DNA from: Gammaproteobacteria bacterium | GTDB taxonomy: Bacteria; Pseudomonadota; Gammaproteobacteria; JAJFKG01 | DNA: 64,000 nt | Direction of reading: 5' to 3' | NCBI GenBank assembly: GCA_965116795.1 | Contig: OZ220716.1 | Location: forward strand, 1,578,503-1,642,502 | Part shown: one piece after another, positions 20,988 through 33,946 of the stretch | Position numbering within the stretch: the first letter of the stretch is position 1 | Layout: each line of letters opens with the position of its first letter | Position numbers and translations under genes: made by a program | The notes under the pieces: model-generated | Databases searched by the model: none | What the model saw: the letters and a program-made list of their open reading frames with translations, nothing else | Told to the model about the DNA's origin: nothing

Positions 20988-23390
20988 ATGGAACAAGGGC
21001 AACGGAGTAAAGGAAACAAGGTAAGTAATCTGAGGGATGTAGGGTTACACGAGTTGCTTGGCTTGCTTGAGCAAATAAGGGAAAAAACAGTACCACCTCA
21101 AAAAGGCATACGCTTAGTAGAACAACCAGGTAGCGTAAAACTATCAATTGGGAGAGATGCTGCTTTTTTCAAAGAACTATTGGAAAATTTAAAAAACGGT
21201 ATCGATGTTAATGATGTATATAAAAATGGTCAATCCATCTTAAAATTTGCGTTCCGTTTTTTCACTGAGCATTATCATTATGATGATAATCATGATATCG
21301 CTAGGATTGTAAATCATTTAATTATCTTATTGAGCTGTAGTCAACATCCCTTAACGTGGGATCTGTCTGGTATTGATGAAACGCAGCTACCTGAAAGAAA
21401 TAAGTATATATTAAATTTTTTACAAAATACTATAGTGGTCTTTGAACATCATTCTCGAAAATTTTGGCAAGGAGAGCGGCAAATTCTTGAAGACAAGTTA
21501 GGACGGATAAATTTAGAACAAAATGAGTATTATCGTGCACCGTCGCCATTTACAATACCGTTTGGCACGCAAGGCGGCTATATGCAGTCAACATACCATC
21601 TAAGTGCTGAGCAATTACAACTAACTAAAGCACAGGGAAAGGAAGAAGAAGAGCAACATGGCATAGATTATAGTTCCGAAGATTTCGCAGCATTGCTTAT
21701 TCTACAAGAGTTGGTAACTAAAGGTACATTCCCACCCATGAGCAACCATATATCGCAGATTGCTAACGCTACGCTTGTAACGTTACAGCCTATCCTAGTG
21801 AATAAAGCGACACAGGGCGATAAAGTTGCGCAAGCTTTTCAAGCAATAAAGAACTTGGCAACAACAGATGTAGATTTTAGGGAAAAAGAACAGAATATTA
21901 ATTTACTAATTTACTATATAGCAGAAGCAAAGGCAAATCCGAGTGATACATTGTTAGCTGATATAAACAAATCAGCTCAGACAGCGCTATTGTCTTTATG
22001 GAGTACATTACTGTCTGAGCTTGAGCCTAATACAAGTAAAAACTTCGGTACAAAAAATCGTATTGCTATTGATAAAAATTCTGATTTCTTTAGCAAGGTG
22101 CAATTTTTGTTGGAAAAAGATATTAATATTGACCAAGAAATTCTTGGCAAGGACAAAAAAAGTTATCAATCTGTATTAGATTTGTTTACTAATTATGAAA
22201 ATCGTTACCATCCTCTTAAAGACAACGAACCAAATGATTTAAGGAATATCGGGCTCAGTATACTAAGTTGTAGCCAGCATCCGGCAGAATCACGGATGAA
22301 GAAGCCAAGTGCTGAGGAGCTTACAGAGCCACACCGTTATAATCCTTATAATCCTTATAATCCTAGCAAGCCTAGTGATACGAGTGATTTTATGTTCTGC
22401 AGTATTAGGTTATTTAACAAAAATCCTAAGATATTTTGGCATGGAGATATAGAAAAGCTTAAAGAAGCACTTAAGGAAGAAGCAAATTTGGCAATATGGG
22501 GGCTTAAAAACAAAGACACATTAAGCGGAAGCTTGGATGGATATACTCCAATGCTGATTGGGCAAGTGGCTGGATATCCTAGGGCAGGCTATTTAAATAA
22601 ACGGGCAGAAGCACATCAAGCGTGTGATGTGATTGTTGGCTACCTAGGAAAAAACACAACTTTTGCAAGTGATGGTAAAGGAGCTATTTTATTATTACCA
22701 GAAATAAATAAATTAAAGGGTACTGATGATCAGGATGGCTTTTCTTACAGCAGCATGAGAAAGCTGATGAAGTTTCTCGAGGAATTTGGTAGTATCGAGC
22801 AGCATGATGATCTCCGTAGTAAGAATGCATTTACATTAAATAAAATATTTTTAGCAACCTACTTAAAAGCAATGATGCTGATTGTAGGAATGGGTGGTGA
22901 GCATGAAGTTGACAAAGGGTATAAGCTGTTTGGAAAAATAATTTCAAATATAGTGGGGCTTAACCAGCCTAGTAATATGTTTTTAAGAGAATTACAAAAC
23001 GCAGCCATGCAGCAGAGTATAGATCGACCTTCTGTAGGGAAAAAGAAAAAAAGTCGGGAAGAGTTTTCTGGTGATCAGATGACAGAAATATATATTCTTG
23101 CTACACAAGATATCTTGCGTCGAGCATGCGAGGGTGAAAAACAATACCAAGGTCTGCTAATAAGACACTATCAGGAAAACGTACAGTCTTTAAATACAGC
23201 TGCTACAGCTGCAAGTGGACAGAGTGAACATAGTATTGAAGTAGGAAGCAGTAGTACTACTGCGATGTCCCGTTTTAGAGTATTACCACCACCGTCACCA
23301 CCAAGTAGAAGTTCTAATCGTTCTTCTTCATCAACAACAGATACACAGTCACCACCAGAAGACGGATCGTTATACCCGGTAATTAACTAA
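20988..23390 (+). CDS. 800-aa orphan with an internally duplicated domain; putative effector
   Basis: AAGGAG RBS; two copies of LSCSQHP ... FWxG; Pro/Ser-rich C-terminus; own terminator. Confidence 0.75.
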   Translation: MEQGQRSKGNKVSNLRDVGLHELLGLLEQIREKTVPPQKGIRLVEQPGSVKLSIGRDAAFFKELLENLKNGIDVNDVYKNGQSILKFAFRFFTEHYHYDDNHDIARIVNHLIILLSCSQHPLTWDLSGIDETQLPERNKYILNFLQNTIVVFEHHSRKFWQGERQILEDKLGRINLEQNEYYRAPSPFTIPFGTQGGYMQSTYHLSAEQLQLTKAQGKEEEEQHGIDYSSEDFAALLILQELVTKGTFPPMSNHISQIANATLVTLQPILVNKATQGDKVAQAFQAIKNLATTDVDFREKEQNINLLIYYIAEAKANPSDTLLADINKSAQTALLSLWSTLLSELEPNTSKNFGTKNRIAIDKNSDFFSKVQFLLEKDINIDQEILGKDKKSYQSVLDLFTNYENRYHPLKDNEPNDLRNIGLSILSCSQHPAESRMKKPSAEELTEPHRYNPYNPYNPSKPSDTSDFMFCSIRLFNKNPKIFWHGDIEKLKEALKEEANLAIWGLKNKDTLSGSLDGYTPMLIGQVAGYPRAGYLNKRAEAHQACDVIVGYLGKNTTFASDGKGAILLLPEINKLKGTDDQDGFSYSSMRKLMKFLEEFGSIEQHDDLRSKNAFTLNKIFLATYLKAMMLIVGMGGEHEVDKGYKLFGKIISNIVGLNQPSNMFLRELQNAAMQQSIDRPSVGKKKKSREEFSGDQMTEIYILATQDILRRACEGEKQYQGLLIRHYQENVQSLNTAATAASGQSEHSIEVGSSSTTAMSRFRVLPPPSPPSRSSNRSSSSTTDTQSPPEDGSLYPVIN

Positions 23391-23429
23391 AATCAAGATG
23401 ACTTAGCGATTTGTACAACCACCAAATAT

Positions 23430-23465
23430 GCCTCTGTTATTAAATAGCAGAGGCGTTGGTTTTTT
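23430..23465 (+). terminator. Likely intrinsic terminator
   Basis: GCCTCTG..CAGAGGC stem followed by GTTGGTTTTTT. Confidence 0.6.
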
Positions 23466-23473
23466 CTGACATT

Positions 23474-23513
23474 CCGTCATTCTGGAGAGCCGTAGGCGAT
23501 TCCAGAATCCAGT
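23474..23513 (+). repeat. CGTC-type REP
   Basis: CCGTCATTCTGGAGAGCCGTAGGCGATTCCAGAATCCAGT. Confidence 0.8.
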
Positions 23514-23565
23514 CTTTTAAAACTAAAATAAATAAGATTTAGTAAAGCTAATAAAATGCCTCTTG

Positions 23566-24375
23566 TTATTTATGTTCTTCAAGTGTGTTATATTGTCCAT
23601 GACGTAATTCAAACTGATCAAAATCCCATAATTGTTTATCTAATAATTGGCTTGGTTTCACATGAGCTAATGCATGCAAAATGTTGCTCGGAACTTTCGG
23701 ATTATCTTGCGCTAATGACGTCATTAACCGTTGCATGCGTTGTCTAGCTAGATTGTCTTGAGAACCACATAAATTACACGGAATAATCAGAAAGGCCATA
23801 TGTTTAGCAAACGTTTTAATATCATTTTCTTGGCAGTAAATCAGTGGGCGGACACAATGTGTGCCCGATTATCGGAACGCAATTTGGGAGGCATCGAAGC
23901 CACTTCACCACGATAAAATAGCGAGATCAACAAACTATTAATCGCATCGTCGCGATGATGGCCTAATGCAATTTTATTGTAACCGTGTTGTTCAGCATAA
24001 CGAACAATAGGTTTTGCCTTCAGGCAATTTTTCTTTGACGATCGAATACGTATCTCGGGTTAAGATTTCAAACGGAATATCTCGTTCAGTTAGCCATTGT
24101 CGCAATTGACTATCATCCCAACCCGGTTGCGATTGGTCTAACACAAATACGAATAAATTAAATTTAACCCGTGCGCGTAATTGTAATTTACGCAACAACG
24201 TGAGCATGGTAAATGAATCTTTACCGCCGGATAAACATAGCATCACGTTATCGCCGTGTTCAATCAAGTTATAATCAGCAATTGCTTTACCAGTGTAGTG
24301 TAATAATTTCTTTTCAAGTCGCTCAACTATTTTCGGATTGGGTGTGGATAAATTGCTATCACTTGGATTAATCAT
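23566..24375 (-). pseudogene. ttcA: tRNA 2-thiocytidine synthetase TtcA, disrupted
   Basis: SGGKDS and CSLC then stop; [10 protein letters not shown] and SMPPKL in a shifted frame; second 1-nt lesion near 23852 (HIV-IRPL); PCNLCGSQ in the last fragment. Confidence 0.88.
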
Positions 24376-24395
24376 GTTAACTAACGACGAATTGA

Positions 24396-24620
24396 TTAAC
24401 CATCTTTGTCGCGGTAGGTGATGCGACCTTTGGATAGATCATAAGGGGTTAATTCTACTTTCACCTTATCGCCAGTTAAAATGCGGATATAGTTTTTACG
24501 CATTCTGCCGGAGATGTGTGCAGTGACGATGTGCCCGTTTTCCAATTCAACGCGGAACATCGTATTCGGTAAGGTATCGATTACCGTACCTACCATTTCA
24601 ATTTGTTCTTCTTTAGCCAT
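24396..24620 (-). CDS. infA: Translation initiation factor IF-1
   Basis: [41 protein letters not shown]. Confidence 0.98.
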   Translation of the reverse strand: MAKEEQIEMVGTVIDTLPNTMFRVELENGHIVTAHISGRMRKNYIRILTGDKVKVELTPYDLSKGRITYRDKDG

Positions 24621-24704
24621 TTTATTTCCAGTTGTTTACGCTAGCCGACATTGCAAAGCCAGCAAACCACGCATTTTGCCGTAAAAACGAACCATTAGCA
24701 AATA

Positions 24705-25751
<1,047 letters not shown>

Positions 25752-25802
25752 CTATCGCATTAAAATTAGTTAATTTATTTATTTCGTAGGAGAAAGTACG
25801 CT

Positions 25803-28157
25803 TTGGCTCGACGTAAAACAGCAGCAACGGTTGATACAGCAGGCGGATCATCGGCTGTGATCCGGCGTTTACAAGAAGGTGGGATGATCTTAACGATGGC
25901 TGTCGCCATTTTCTTGTTAATTGCTTTGATAACCTATCACCGTGCTGATCCGGGTTGGTCAACAACGGCAGGTAGTGATCACATTGCCAATGCCGGTGGT
26001 CGTGCCGGTGCGTGGTTTGCGGATTTCACGTTATATTTATTTGGTTATTCAGCTTTTTTATTTCCTATCGTATTGGCATATGCAGCGTGGCGTTGGTTAC
26101 GACGGGTGAGTCAAACCGATGCAATGCCACCTAATTACATTTATGCACTGCGTGGCAGTGGTTTTATTTTAATTATGTCAACCAGTAGTGGGTTAGCGTC
26201 ATTGTTTTTAACACGTTCTGCACACCTTCCGTTTAGTGCAGGTGGTATTTTAGGGGATACCGTTGGCTTGAGTTTAACTGGATTATTTAGTCCGGTTGGC
26301 AGTGCATTATTATTGGTTGCGGTGTTGTTAGCAAGCATAACGATTTGCACCGGGGTATCGTGGATCAAAACAAGTAGCATTATCATCAAATATGCTATAA
26401 TCACCTGTCATTATGGATTGCGACTATTAACGCAATTGAGCCGTCACATTGTCGCAATGCCGTATCACGGTTACCGTTGGTTACATGCACGTTTCCAACA
26501 ACAACGTATTAAACAAACACCAACGATATCGCGCCAACCAAATCGTACTAGTAAATCGACCAAGCGATCAACGGTAGATCTACAATCGATTGCAGCACCA
26601 CCCAAACCGGCTGAGATTACTAAACAATCCATTGCAGTGACTCCAACAGTGAATCGCACCGGTGAAATCCGTTTGCCGGAATTATCACTATTGGATCCAG
26701 CAAGTACAGAGAGTAGTCAAGGCTATAGTGCAGCAGAATTGGAAAACATGTCGTGTGAAGTTGAAGCTAAGTTGCGTGATTTTGGGATTGAAGCGCACGT
26801 TGTCGCAGTGCATCCAGGGCCGGTGATCACCCGTTTTGAATTGCAACCAGCTGCTGGGGTGAAAGCCAGTAAGATCACTAGTCTTGCTAAAGATTTAGCA
26901 CGTTCGTTATCAGTGATGAGTGTGCGTGTGGTGGAAGTGATCCCAGGTAAATCGGTTGTGGGTTTAGAAGTGCCAAATCAACACCGTGACATGGTGCGTT
27001 TAAGTGAAGTGATTGGATCGAGCGCTTATCAACAATCGCATTCGTTGTTAACCTTAGCTTTAGGACATGACATTGCTGGGCACTCAGTGGTGGTTGATTT
27101 AGCCAAAATGCCACATTTATTAGTAGCTGGTACCACCGGATCTGGTAAGTCTGTTGGGTTAAATGTCATGTTGTTAAGTTTGCTATATAAAGCAACACCC
27201 AGTGATGTACGCATGATTTTAGTCGATCCAAAAATGTTGGAATTAGCCGTGTACGATGGTATTCCACATTTGTTAACCCCCGTGGTTACCGATATGAAAG
27301 AAGCTGCCAATGCATTGCGTTGGTGTGTGGCGGAAATGGAACGGCGTTATCGACTAATGGCAGCATTAGGTGTGCGTAATTTAACGGGTTTTAATAACAA
27401 AATTATTAAAGCACGTGATGCAGGTAAACCGATTCAAGATCCGTTATATCGCAGTGATGATAGTCACGATAAGGCACCTGAATTAGAGACATTACCGTAT
27501 ATTGTGGTGTTAATTGACGAATTTGCCGACATGATGATGGTAGTTGGTAAAAAGGTCGAACAATTGATTGCGCGTATCGCACAAAAGGCTAGGGCAGCGG
27601 GCATTCATTTGATTTTAGCCACGCAACGTCCTTCAGTCGATGTGATCACTGGGTTAATTAAAGCGAATGTACCGACACGCATTGCGTTTCAAGTCTCATC
27701 GCGCGTCGACTCACGCACTATTCTCGATCAACAAGGGGCTGAAAACTTATTAGGTTATGGAGATATGCTGTATATGGCACCAGGAACGGGGGTGCCGATG
27801 CGCGTACACGGTGCGTTTGTTGATGACCATGAAGTACATAACGTGGTTAATGCGTGGAAAGCACAACGTACACCGGATTATGTAGAGGATATTCTCAATA
27901 GTACAGCCACTAGTAATGATGTCCCAATGTTAACTGGTCTGGATGAAGACAGCGATAATGAATCTGATCCGCTTTATGATCAAGCGGTGCAAATTGTGAT
28001 TGACACTAGACGAGCATCTATTTCTGGGATCCAACGGCGTTTGAAAATTGGGTATAACCGTGCGGCACGTTTGATCGAAACAATGGAAGCAGCCGGTTTA
28101 GTGAGCCCGATGGAAAATAATGGGAATCGGGAAGTGTTGGTGCCATCACAAGAATGA
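25803..28157 (+). CDS. ftsK: DNA translocase FtsK
   Basis: N-terminal TM segments, [24 protein letters not shown], gamma domain [13 protein letters not shown]; TTG start with AGGAG RBS. Confidence 0.97.
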   Translation: MARRKTAATVDTAGGSSAVIRRLQEGGMILTMAVAIFLLIALITYHRADPGWSTTAGSDHIANAGGRAGAWFADFTLYLFGYSAFLFPIVLAYAAWRWLRRVSQTDAMPPNYIYALRGSGFILIMSTSSGLASLFLTRSAHLPFSAGGILGDTVGLSLTGLFSPVGSALLLVAVLLASITICTGVSWIKTSSIIIKYAIITCHYGLRLLTQLSRHIVAMPYHGYRWLHARFQQQRIKQTPTISRQPNRTSKSTKRSTVDLQSIAAPPKPAEITKQSIAVTPTVNRTGEIRLPELSLLDPASTESSQGYSAAELENMSCEVEAKLRDFGIEAHVVAVHPGPVITRFELQPAAGVKASKITSLAKDLARSLSVMSVRVVEVIPGKSVVGLEVPNQHRDMVRLSEVIGSSAYQQSHSLLTLALGHDIAGHSVVVDLAKMPHLLVAGTTGSGKSVGLNVMLLSLLYKATPSDVRMILVDPKMLELAVYDGIPHLLTPVVTDMKEAANALRWCVAEMERRYRLMAALGVRNLTGFNNKIIKARDAGKPIQDPLYRSDDSHDKAPELETLPYIVVLIDEFADMMMVVGKKVEQLIARIAQKARAAGIHLILATQRPSVDVITGLIKANVPTRIAFQVSSRVDSRTILDQQGAENLLGYGDMLYMAPGTGVPMRVHGAFVDDHEVHNVVNAWKAQRTPDYVEDILNSTATSNDVPMLTGLDEDSDNESDPLYDQAVQIVIDTRRASISGIQRRLKIGYNRAARLIETMEAAGLVSPMENNGNREVLVPSQE

Positions 28158-28990
28158 TTTCCTCTAAACCTATGTATTTATCCATAACAAACCAAAACTG
28201 CCAGTCATTCTGGAGAGTTCGCGAAGTAGCGAGCTTGTCCTTGAGTCGTCAAGGATCCAGAATCCAGTCTTATAAAATATCACTGATAACAAAATTGTGC
28301 GGTATCTGTAATTTTTTTAGAACCCATCATGTCAGAAGCCGAGCATTAGCGAGGCTATATGGAATCCATCTTTTTTCTATTGTGATCTTAATGTTATTTT
28401 CTCAATCAATGCTTGCCGCACAGCCATTAACACCAACCCAACAATTACAACAACAGTTAGCATCGATACACACTATGCAAGCTGACTTTACCCAAACAAC
28501 AACGGCTAATGGTAAAATAGTTCAACAATCTAACGGTAACATGGCATTGTCACGTCCTGATAAATTTTATTGGCGTATTCATGGGTTAAGCGATCAAACC
28601 ATTGTTGCTAATGGGAAAACGCTGTGGATTTACGACAAAGATTTAGCACAGGTGACAGTACAATCAATGCAACACTTACAACCCGATGTGCCAGGCTTGT
28701 TGCTAGCGGGTTCATTTGATTATATTCAACAACACTACACAGTAGAACGTGTTAAACACAACGGATCACAACAGACATTTAAATTAATTCCATTAGCCAA
28801 ACAGGCAGCATTTCAATATGCGTTATTAACTATCAATAATCACATGCCGCAACAGTTACAATTTATTGATCAATTAGATCAAATTACCACATTACGGTTT
28901 ACCCAAGTTAACTTAAATAAGCCATTAGCTGCTACGTTATTTGAATTTGTACCACCTACAGGTGTTGATGTAATTACTCAACAGAATTGA
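28154..28990 (+). CDS. lolA: Outer-membrane lipoprotein carrier LolA (start uncertain; long N-terminal extension)
   Basis: [43 protein letters not shown]; between ftsK and rarA. Confidence 0.92.
   Translation: MISSKPMYLSITNQNCQSFWRVREVASLSLSRQGSRIQSYKISLITKLCGICNFFRTHHVRSRALARLYGIHLFSIVILMLFSQSMLAAQPLTPTQQLQQQLASIHTMQADFTQTTTANGKIVQQSNGNMALSRPDKFYWRIHGLSDQTIVANGKTLWIYDKDLAQVTVQSMQHLQPDVPGLLLAGSFDYIQQHYTVERVKHNGSQQTFKLIPLAKQAAFQYALLTINNHMPQQLQFIDQLDQITTLRFTQVNLNKPLAATLFEFVPPTGVDVITQQN
28202..28368 (+). repeat. Two CGTC-type REP-like copies within the lolA 5' region
   Basis: CAGTCATTCTGGAGAG..TCCAGAATCCAG (28202-28268) and degenerate CATCATGTCAGAAGCC..GGCTATATGGAATCCA (28326-28368). Confidence 0.7.
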
Positions 28991-28991
28991 T

Positions 28992-30338
28992 ATGACAGTT
29001 GAACGTGACCCACACAGTATTCCATTGGCAGCACGCATGCGTCCGCGCTGTTTAACTGACTTTGTTGGGCAAGCGCATTTGCTGAATGAAGGCAAGCCAC
29101 TGCATAAATCCCTAACTCAAGGGCAATTGCATTCAATGATCTTATGGGGACCACCAGGCAGTGGTAAGACTACGTTAGCGCAATTGCTCGCGGAGAAGAC
29201 GCACGCACGATTGCAAACATTGTCAGCAGTGCTTGCAGGGGTAAAGGATATTCGTGATGCTATTCATCAAGCAAACACCGTGTATGATCAACAACGACAA
29301 GCCACGATTCTATTTGTTGATGAAGTGCATCGTTTTAATAAAGCACAACAAGATGCATTTTTACCATTTGTTGAACAAGGGGTAGTGACATTCATTGGTG
29401 CAACCACAGAGAATCCTGCTTTTTCACTGAATAATGCCTTATTATCGCGAGCACGTACTTATGTATTAAAATCGTTACAAGCAGATGATATTGTCAATGT
29501 GTTACAACGTGCATTAACTGACGCAGTCAATGGTTTAGGTAAATACCATTATCAGATTGCAATTGATGATTTGTATTTATTAGCCAATTTTGCTGATGGT
29601 GATGCACGCATGGCATTAAATCTATTAGAAATGGCTGTAGATTTTGCCAAGGTGGTTGACGATCAGCATGTGATTGAACATGCTAGCATTGTTAACTTGT
29701 TAGGTGAACGCATACATCGTTTTGATAAAGGTGGTGATGTGTTTCATGAACAAATTTCAGCATTACATAAAGCTGTTCGTGGCAGTGCACCCGATCCAGC
29801 ATTGTATTGGTTAATGCGCATGTTAACCAGTGGATGTGATCCATTATACATTGCGCGGCGCATTGTGCGTATGGCCAGTGAAGATATTGGCAATGCAGAT
29901 CCAAGGGCACTGCAATTAGCATTAAATGCATGGGATGTGCAACAACGTTTAGGTAGTCCAGAGGGCGAATTGGCATTAGCACAAGCAGTGATTTATTTGG
30001 CGTGCGCTGCAAAAAGTAATGCAGTGTATAACGCTTTTAATGCAGCAACAGCAGACTTGCAGCAAACTGGCGATTTGGCAGTACCAATCCATTTACGCAA
30101 TGCACCTAGACAATTGATGAAAGAGTTGGGGTATGGACATGATTACCGTTATCCACATGATGAGCTAGAAGCATATGTTGCTGGTGAACACTATTTCCCT
30201 GAGGAAATGTCGGAAAGACAGTATTACTACCCAGTAGGGCGTGGTCTTGAAATTAAAATTCGTGACAAATTAGCAATGTTAAAAGCGCGAGATCAGCAAG
30301 CACATCAAGCTAAGGCAAAGGAAACAGAAGATGAGTAG
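28992..30338 (+). CDS. rarA: Replication-associated recombination protein A
   Basis: PLAARMRP, WGPPGSGKTT, DEVHRFNKAQQD, ASEDIGNADP. Confidence 0.96.
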   Translation: MTVERDPHSIPLAARMRPRCLTDFVGQAHLLNEGKPLHKSLTQGQLHSMILWGPPGSGKTTLAQLLAEKTHARLQTLSAVLAGVKDIRDAIHQANTVYDQQRQATILFVDEVHRFNKAQQDAFLPFVEQGVVTFIGATTENPAFSLNNALLSRARTYVLKSLQADDIVNVLQRALTDAVNGLGKYHYQIAIDDLYLLANFADGDARMALNLLEMAVDFAKVVDDQHVIEHASIVNLLGERIHRFDKGGDVFHEQISALHKAVRGSAPDPALYWLMRMLTSGCDPLYIARRIVRMASEDIGNADPRALQLALNAWDVQQRLGSPEGELALAQAVIYLACAAKSNAVYNAFNAATADLQQTGDLAVPIHLRNAPRQLMKELGYGHDYRYPHDELEAYVAGEHYFPEEMSERQYYYPVGRGLEIKIRDKLAMLKARDQQAHQAKAKETEDE

Positions 30339-30732
30339 TATCCCTATCTGGATAAAACAGATCATGTTAATTGCCATGGGTGGTGGCGTAGGCGCGGTGT
30401 TGCGTTATGTCGTTGCAGCAGGGGTACATCAATTGACTAGCCGTGAGTTTCCGTATGGCACGTTGGTGGTGAATATTGTTGGTTCATTGCTGATAGGATT
30501 GTTTGCCATCTTTCTGTTAGAAAAAACCAGTCAGTCGGCAAATTTACGTGCATTAATCATTATTGGTGGCTTAGGCGGGTTTACCACGTTTTCTACCTTT
30601 TCATATGAAACCGTATCATTAATTCAACATGGTGCACTGATGCGAGCGATCCTCAATGTTAGCGGCCATGTAATGTGTTGTTTATTGGCAACCTGGGTGG
30701 GATTAGTCTGCGGCCGTTGGCTATCATACTAA
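30331..30732 (+). CDS. crcB: Fluoride channel CrcB/Fluc
   Basis: GAVLRY, PYGTLVVN, GGFTTFSTF. Confidence 0.95.
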   Translation: MSSIPIWIKQIMLIAMGGGVGAVLRYVVAAGVHQLTSREFPYGTLVVNIVGSLLIGLFAIFLLEKTSQSANLRALIIIGGLGGFTTFSTFSYETVSLIQHGALMRAILNVSGHVMCCLLATWVGLVCGRWLSY

Positions 30733-30768
30733 AGATAACTTATAATACCGCGCTAGGATATAGGATAA

Positions 30769-32055
<1,287 letters not shown>

Positions 32056-32065
32056 TTGGCACAAT

Positions 32066-32986
32066 ATGCAACAACCAGCAATTGAAATAACAAATCTGAC
32101 TAAGACTTATACCAACGGCGTACAAGCGGTGAAAGGCATTGATATCCGTGTTGAGAAAGGTGATTTTTATGCATTACTTGGCCCTAATGGTGCTGGAAAA
32201 ACCACAACGATTGGGATCTTAACTTCGCTAGTGAATAAGACTGCCGGTCAAGTGCGCATATTTGGCTATGACTTGGATCAAGACCGGCGTGAGATTAAAA
32301 AATTAATCGGTTTAGTGCCGCAAGAATTTAATTTTAGTATTTTTGAAAAAGTATTTGACATTGTAATCACTCAAGCCGGTTATTATGGTGTGCCAGCAGC
32401 TGTTGCTACAGTACGTGCTGAAAAGATTTTAAAACGCTTAGGCTTGTGGGAGAAGCGTGATAGTCGTGCGCGTACCTTATCTGGTGGGATGAAACGCCGG
32501 TTGATGATTGCACGTGCATTGGTACATGAACCTAAATTGTTAATCTTAGATGAACCCACCGCAGGTGTTGACATCGAACTGCGACGCTCGATGTGGGAAT
32601 TTTTAACGCAGATTAATCATCAAGGGGTCACGGTTATTTTGACCACGCACTATTTAGAAGAAGCAGAAAATTTATGTCGTCATATTGGGATCATCGATCA
32701 AGGAAAGCTTATTGAAAATACATCGATGAACAATTTGTTACGCCGTCTAAATATGGAAACCTTTATTTGTTATTTGGCAGAGGCCATTGACAAGGTGCCG
32801 ACAGAATTGTCAGCATTTTCCCCGGCTAAAATTGATGATGGCACGATTACCGTTGATATTCACCGAGGACAAACTTTAAATGAATTATATGCAGTACTGT
32901 CTCAAGCTCATATTCAAGTAACCAGTATGCGCAATAAAGTCAATCGCTTAGAAGAAATATTTTTACGTTTGGTAACTAACAGATGA
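32066..32986 (+). CDS. ABC-2 transporter ATP-binding protein (YadG-like)
   Basis: GPNGAGKTT, LSGGMKRR, ILDEPT; start could be 32036. Confidence 0.9.
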   Translation: MQQPAIEITNLTKTYTNGVQAVKGIDIRVEKGDFYALLGPNGAGKTTTIGILTSLVNKTAGQVRIFGYDLDQDRREIKKLIGLVPQEFNFSIFEKVFDIVITQAGYYGVPAAVATVRAEKILKRLGLWEKRDSRARTLSGGMKRRLMIARALVHEPKLLILDEPTAGVDIELRRSMWEFLTQINHQGVTVILTTHYLEEAENLCRHIGIIDQGKLIENTSMNNLLRRLNMETFICYLAEAIDKVPTELSAFSPAKIDDGTITVDIHRGQTLNELYAVLSQAHIQVTSMRNKVNRLEEIFLRLVTNR

Positions 32987-33762
32987 CAACACATGCTTTT
33001 GAAAGTTACATTGCCTTTATGACGATTGTACGTCGTGAAGTGACGCGTTTTATGCGTATTTGGTCGCAAACTTTATTGCCACCGGCGATTACCATGAGTT
33101 TATATTTTGTGATCTTTGGACATTTTGTTGGAAATCGCATTGGTCAAATGGGTGGTTACAATTATATGCAATTCATTGCCCCTGGGTTGATCATGATGTC
33201 GGTATTAACCAATTCATATGTCAATGTGGTGTCTTCTTTTTTTGGCACTAAATACCAACGTAATGTCGAAGAATTGATGGTAGCACCGGTACCACCTTGG
33301 GTGATTTTAACCGGTTATGTTACTGGTGGTGTATTGCGTGGATTAATTACGGGAGCCATTGTCACTGCGATTGCATTGGGTTTTACTCATTTAAAATTGA
33401 TTCATCCGTTAGTGACGTTATTGATTATTGTTGGTTCTGCTATTTTGTTTGCCATAGCCGGGTTTATCAATGCATTGTTTGCTAAAAAATTTGATGACGT
33501 ATCGATTGTGCCAACCTTTGTGATTACACCGCTTACCTATTTAGGCGGTGTGTTTTATTCAGTAGCATTATTACCCTCATTTTGGTATCACATATCACTC
33601 GCCAATCCAATTTTATATATGGTAAGTGGTTTTCGTTATGGGATTTTAGGGGTTAGTGATGTGCATTTAGGTTTGGTATTTTTGGTGATGAGTGCCTTTA
33701 TTCTTGGCTTATTTGTTATAGCACTGTATCTATTACGCAGAGGTATTGGGTTGCGTGCTTAG
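32983..33762 (+). CDS. ABC-2 transporter permease (YadH-like)
   Basis: RIWSQTLLPP, PGLIMM, PLTYLGGVFYS. Confidence 0.9.
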   Translation: MTTHAFESYIAFMTIVRREVTRFMRIWSQTLLPPAITMSLYFVIFGHFVGNRIGQMGGYNYMQFIAPGLIMMSVLTNSYVNVVSSFFGTKYQRNVEELMVAPVPPWVILTGYVTGGVLRGLITGAIVTAIALGFTHLKLIHPLVTLLIIVGSAILFAIAGFINALFAKKFDDVSIVPTFVITPLTYLGGVFYSVALLPSFWYHISLANPILYMVSGFRYGILGVSDVHLGLVFLVMSAFILGLFVIALYLLRRGIGLRA

Positions 33763-33780
33763 TCACTAACTTCAACAACT

Positions 33781-33923
33781 GGACTGACGAGAAATGCGAA
33801 CTGCGTCGTTAAAAATTCACTCGCAATCCTTGTCCCAGACGCGATGTGGGGTTCATGTACGCTTAAGTACACTGCGGTTGCTCGCAAATTTTTGCCTCGC
33901 ATTTCATTATTTCGCGTCAGTCC
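33781..33923. repeat. RPE1-like palindromic element
   Basis: Ends GGACTGACG / CGTCAGTCC; minus-strand core ACCGCAGTGTACTTAAGCGTACATGA..GGATTGCGAG resembles the Rickettsia RPE1 core as recalled. Confidence 0.6.
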
Positions 33924-33946
33924 GAGTAAAATAAGGAATATATGAT

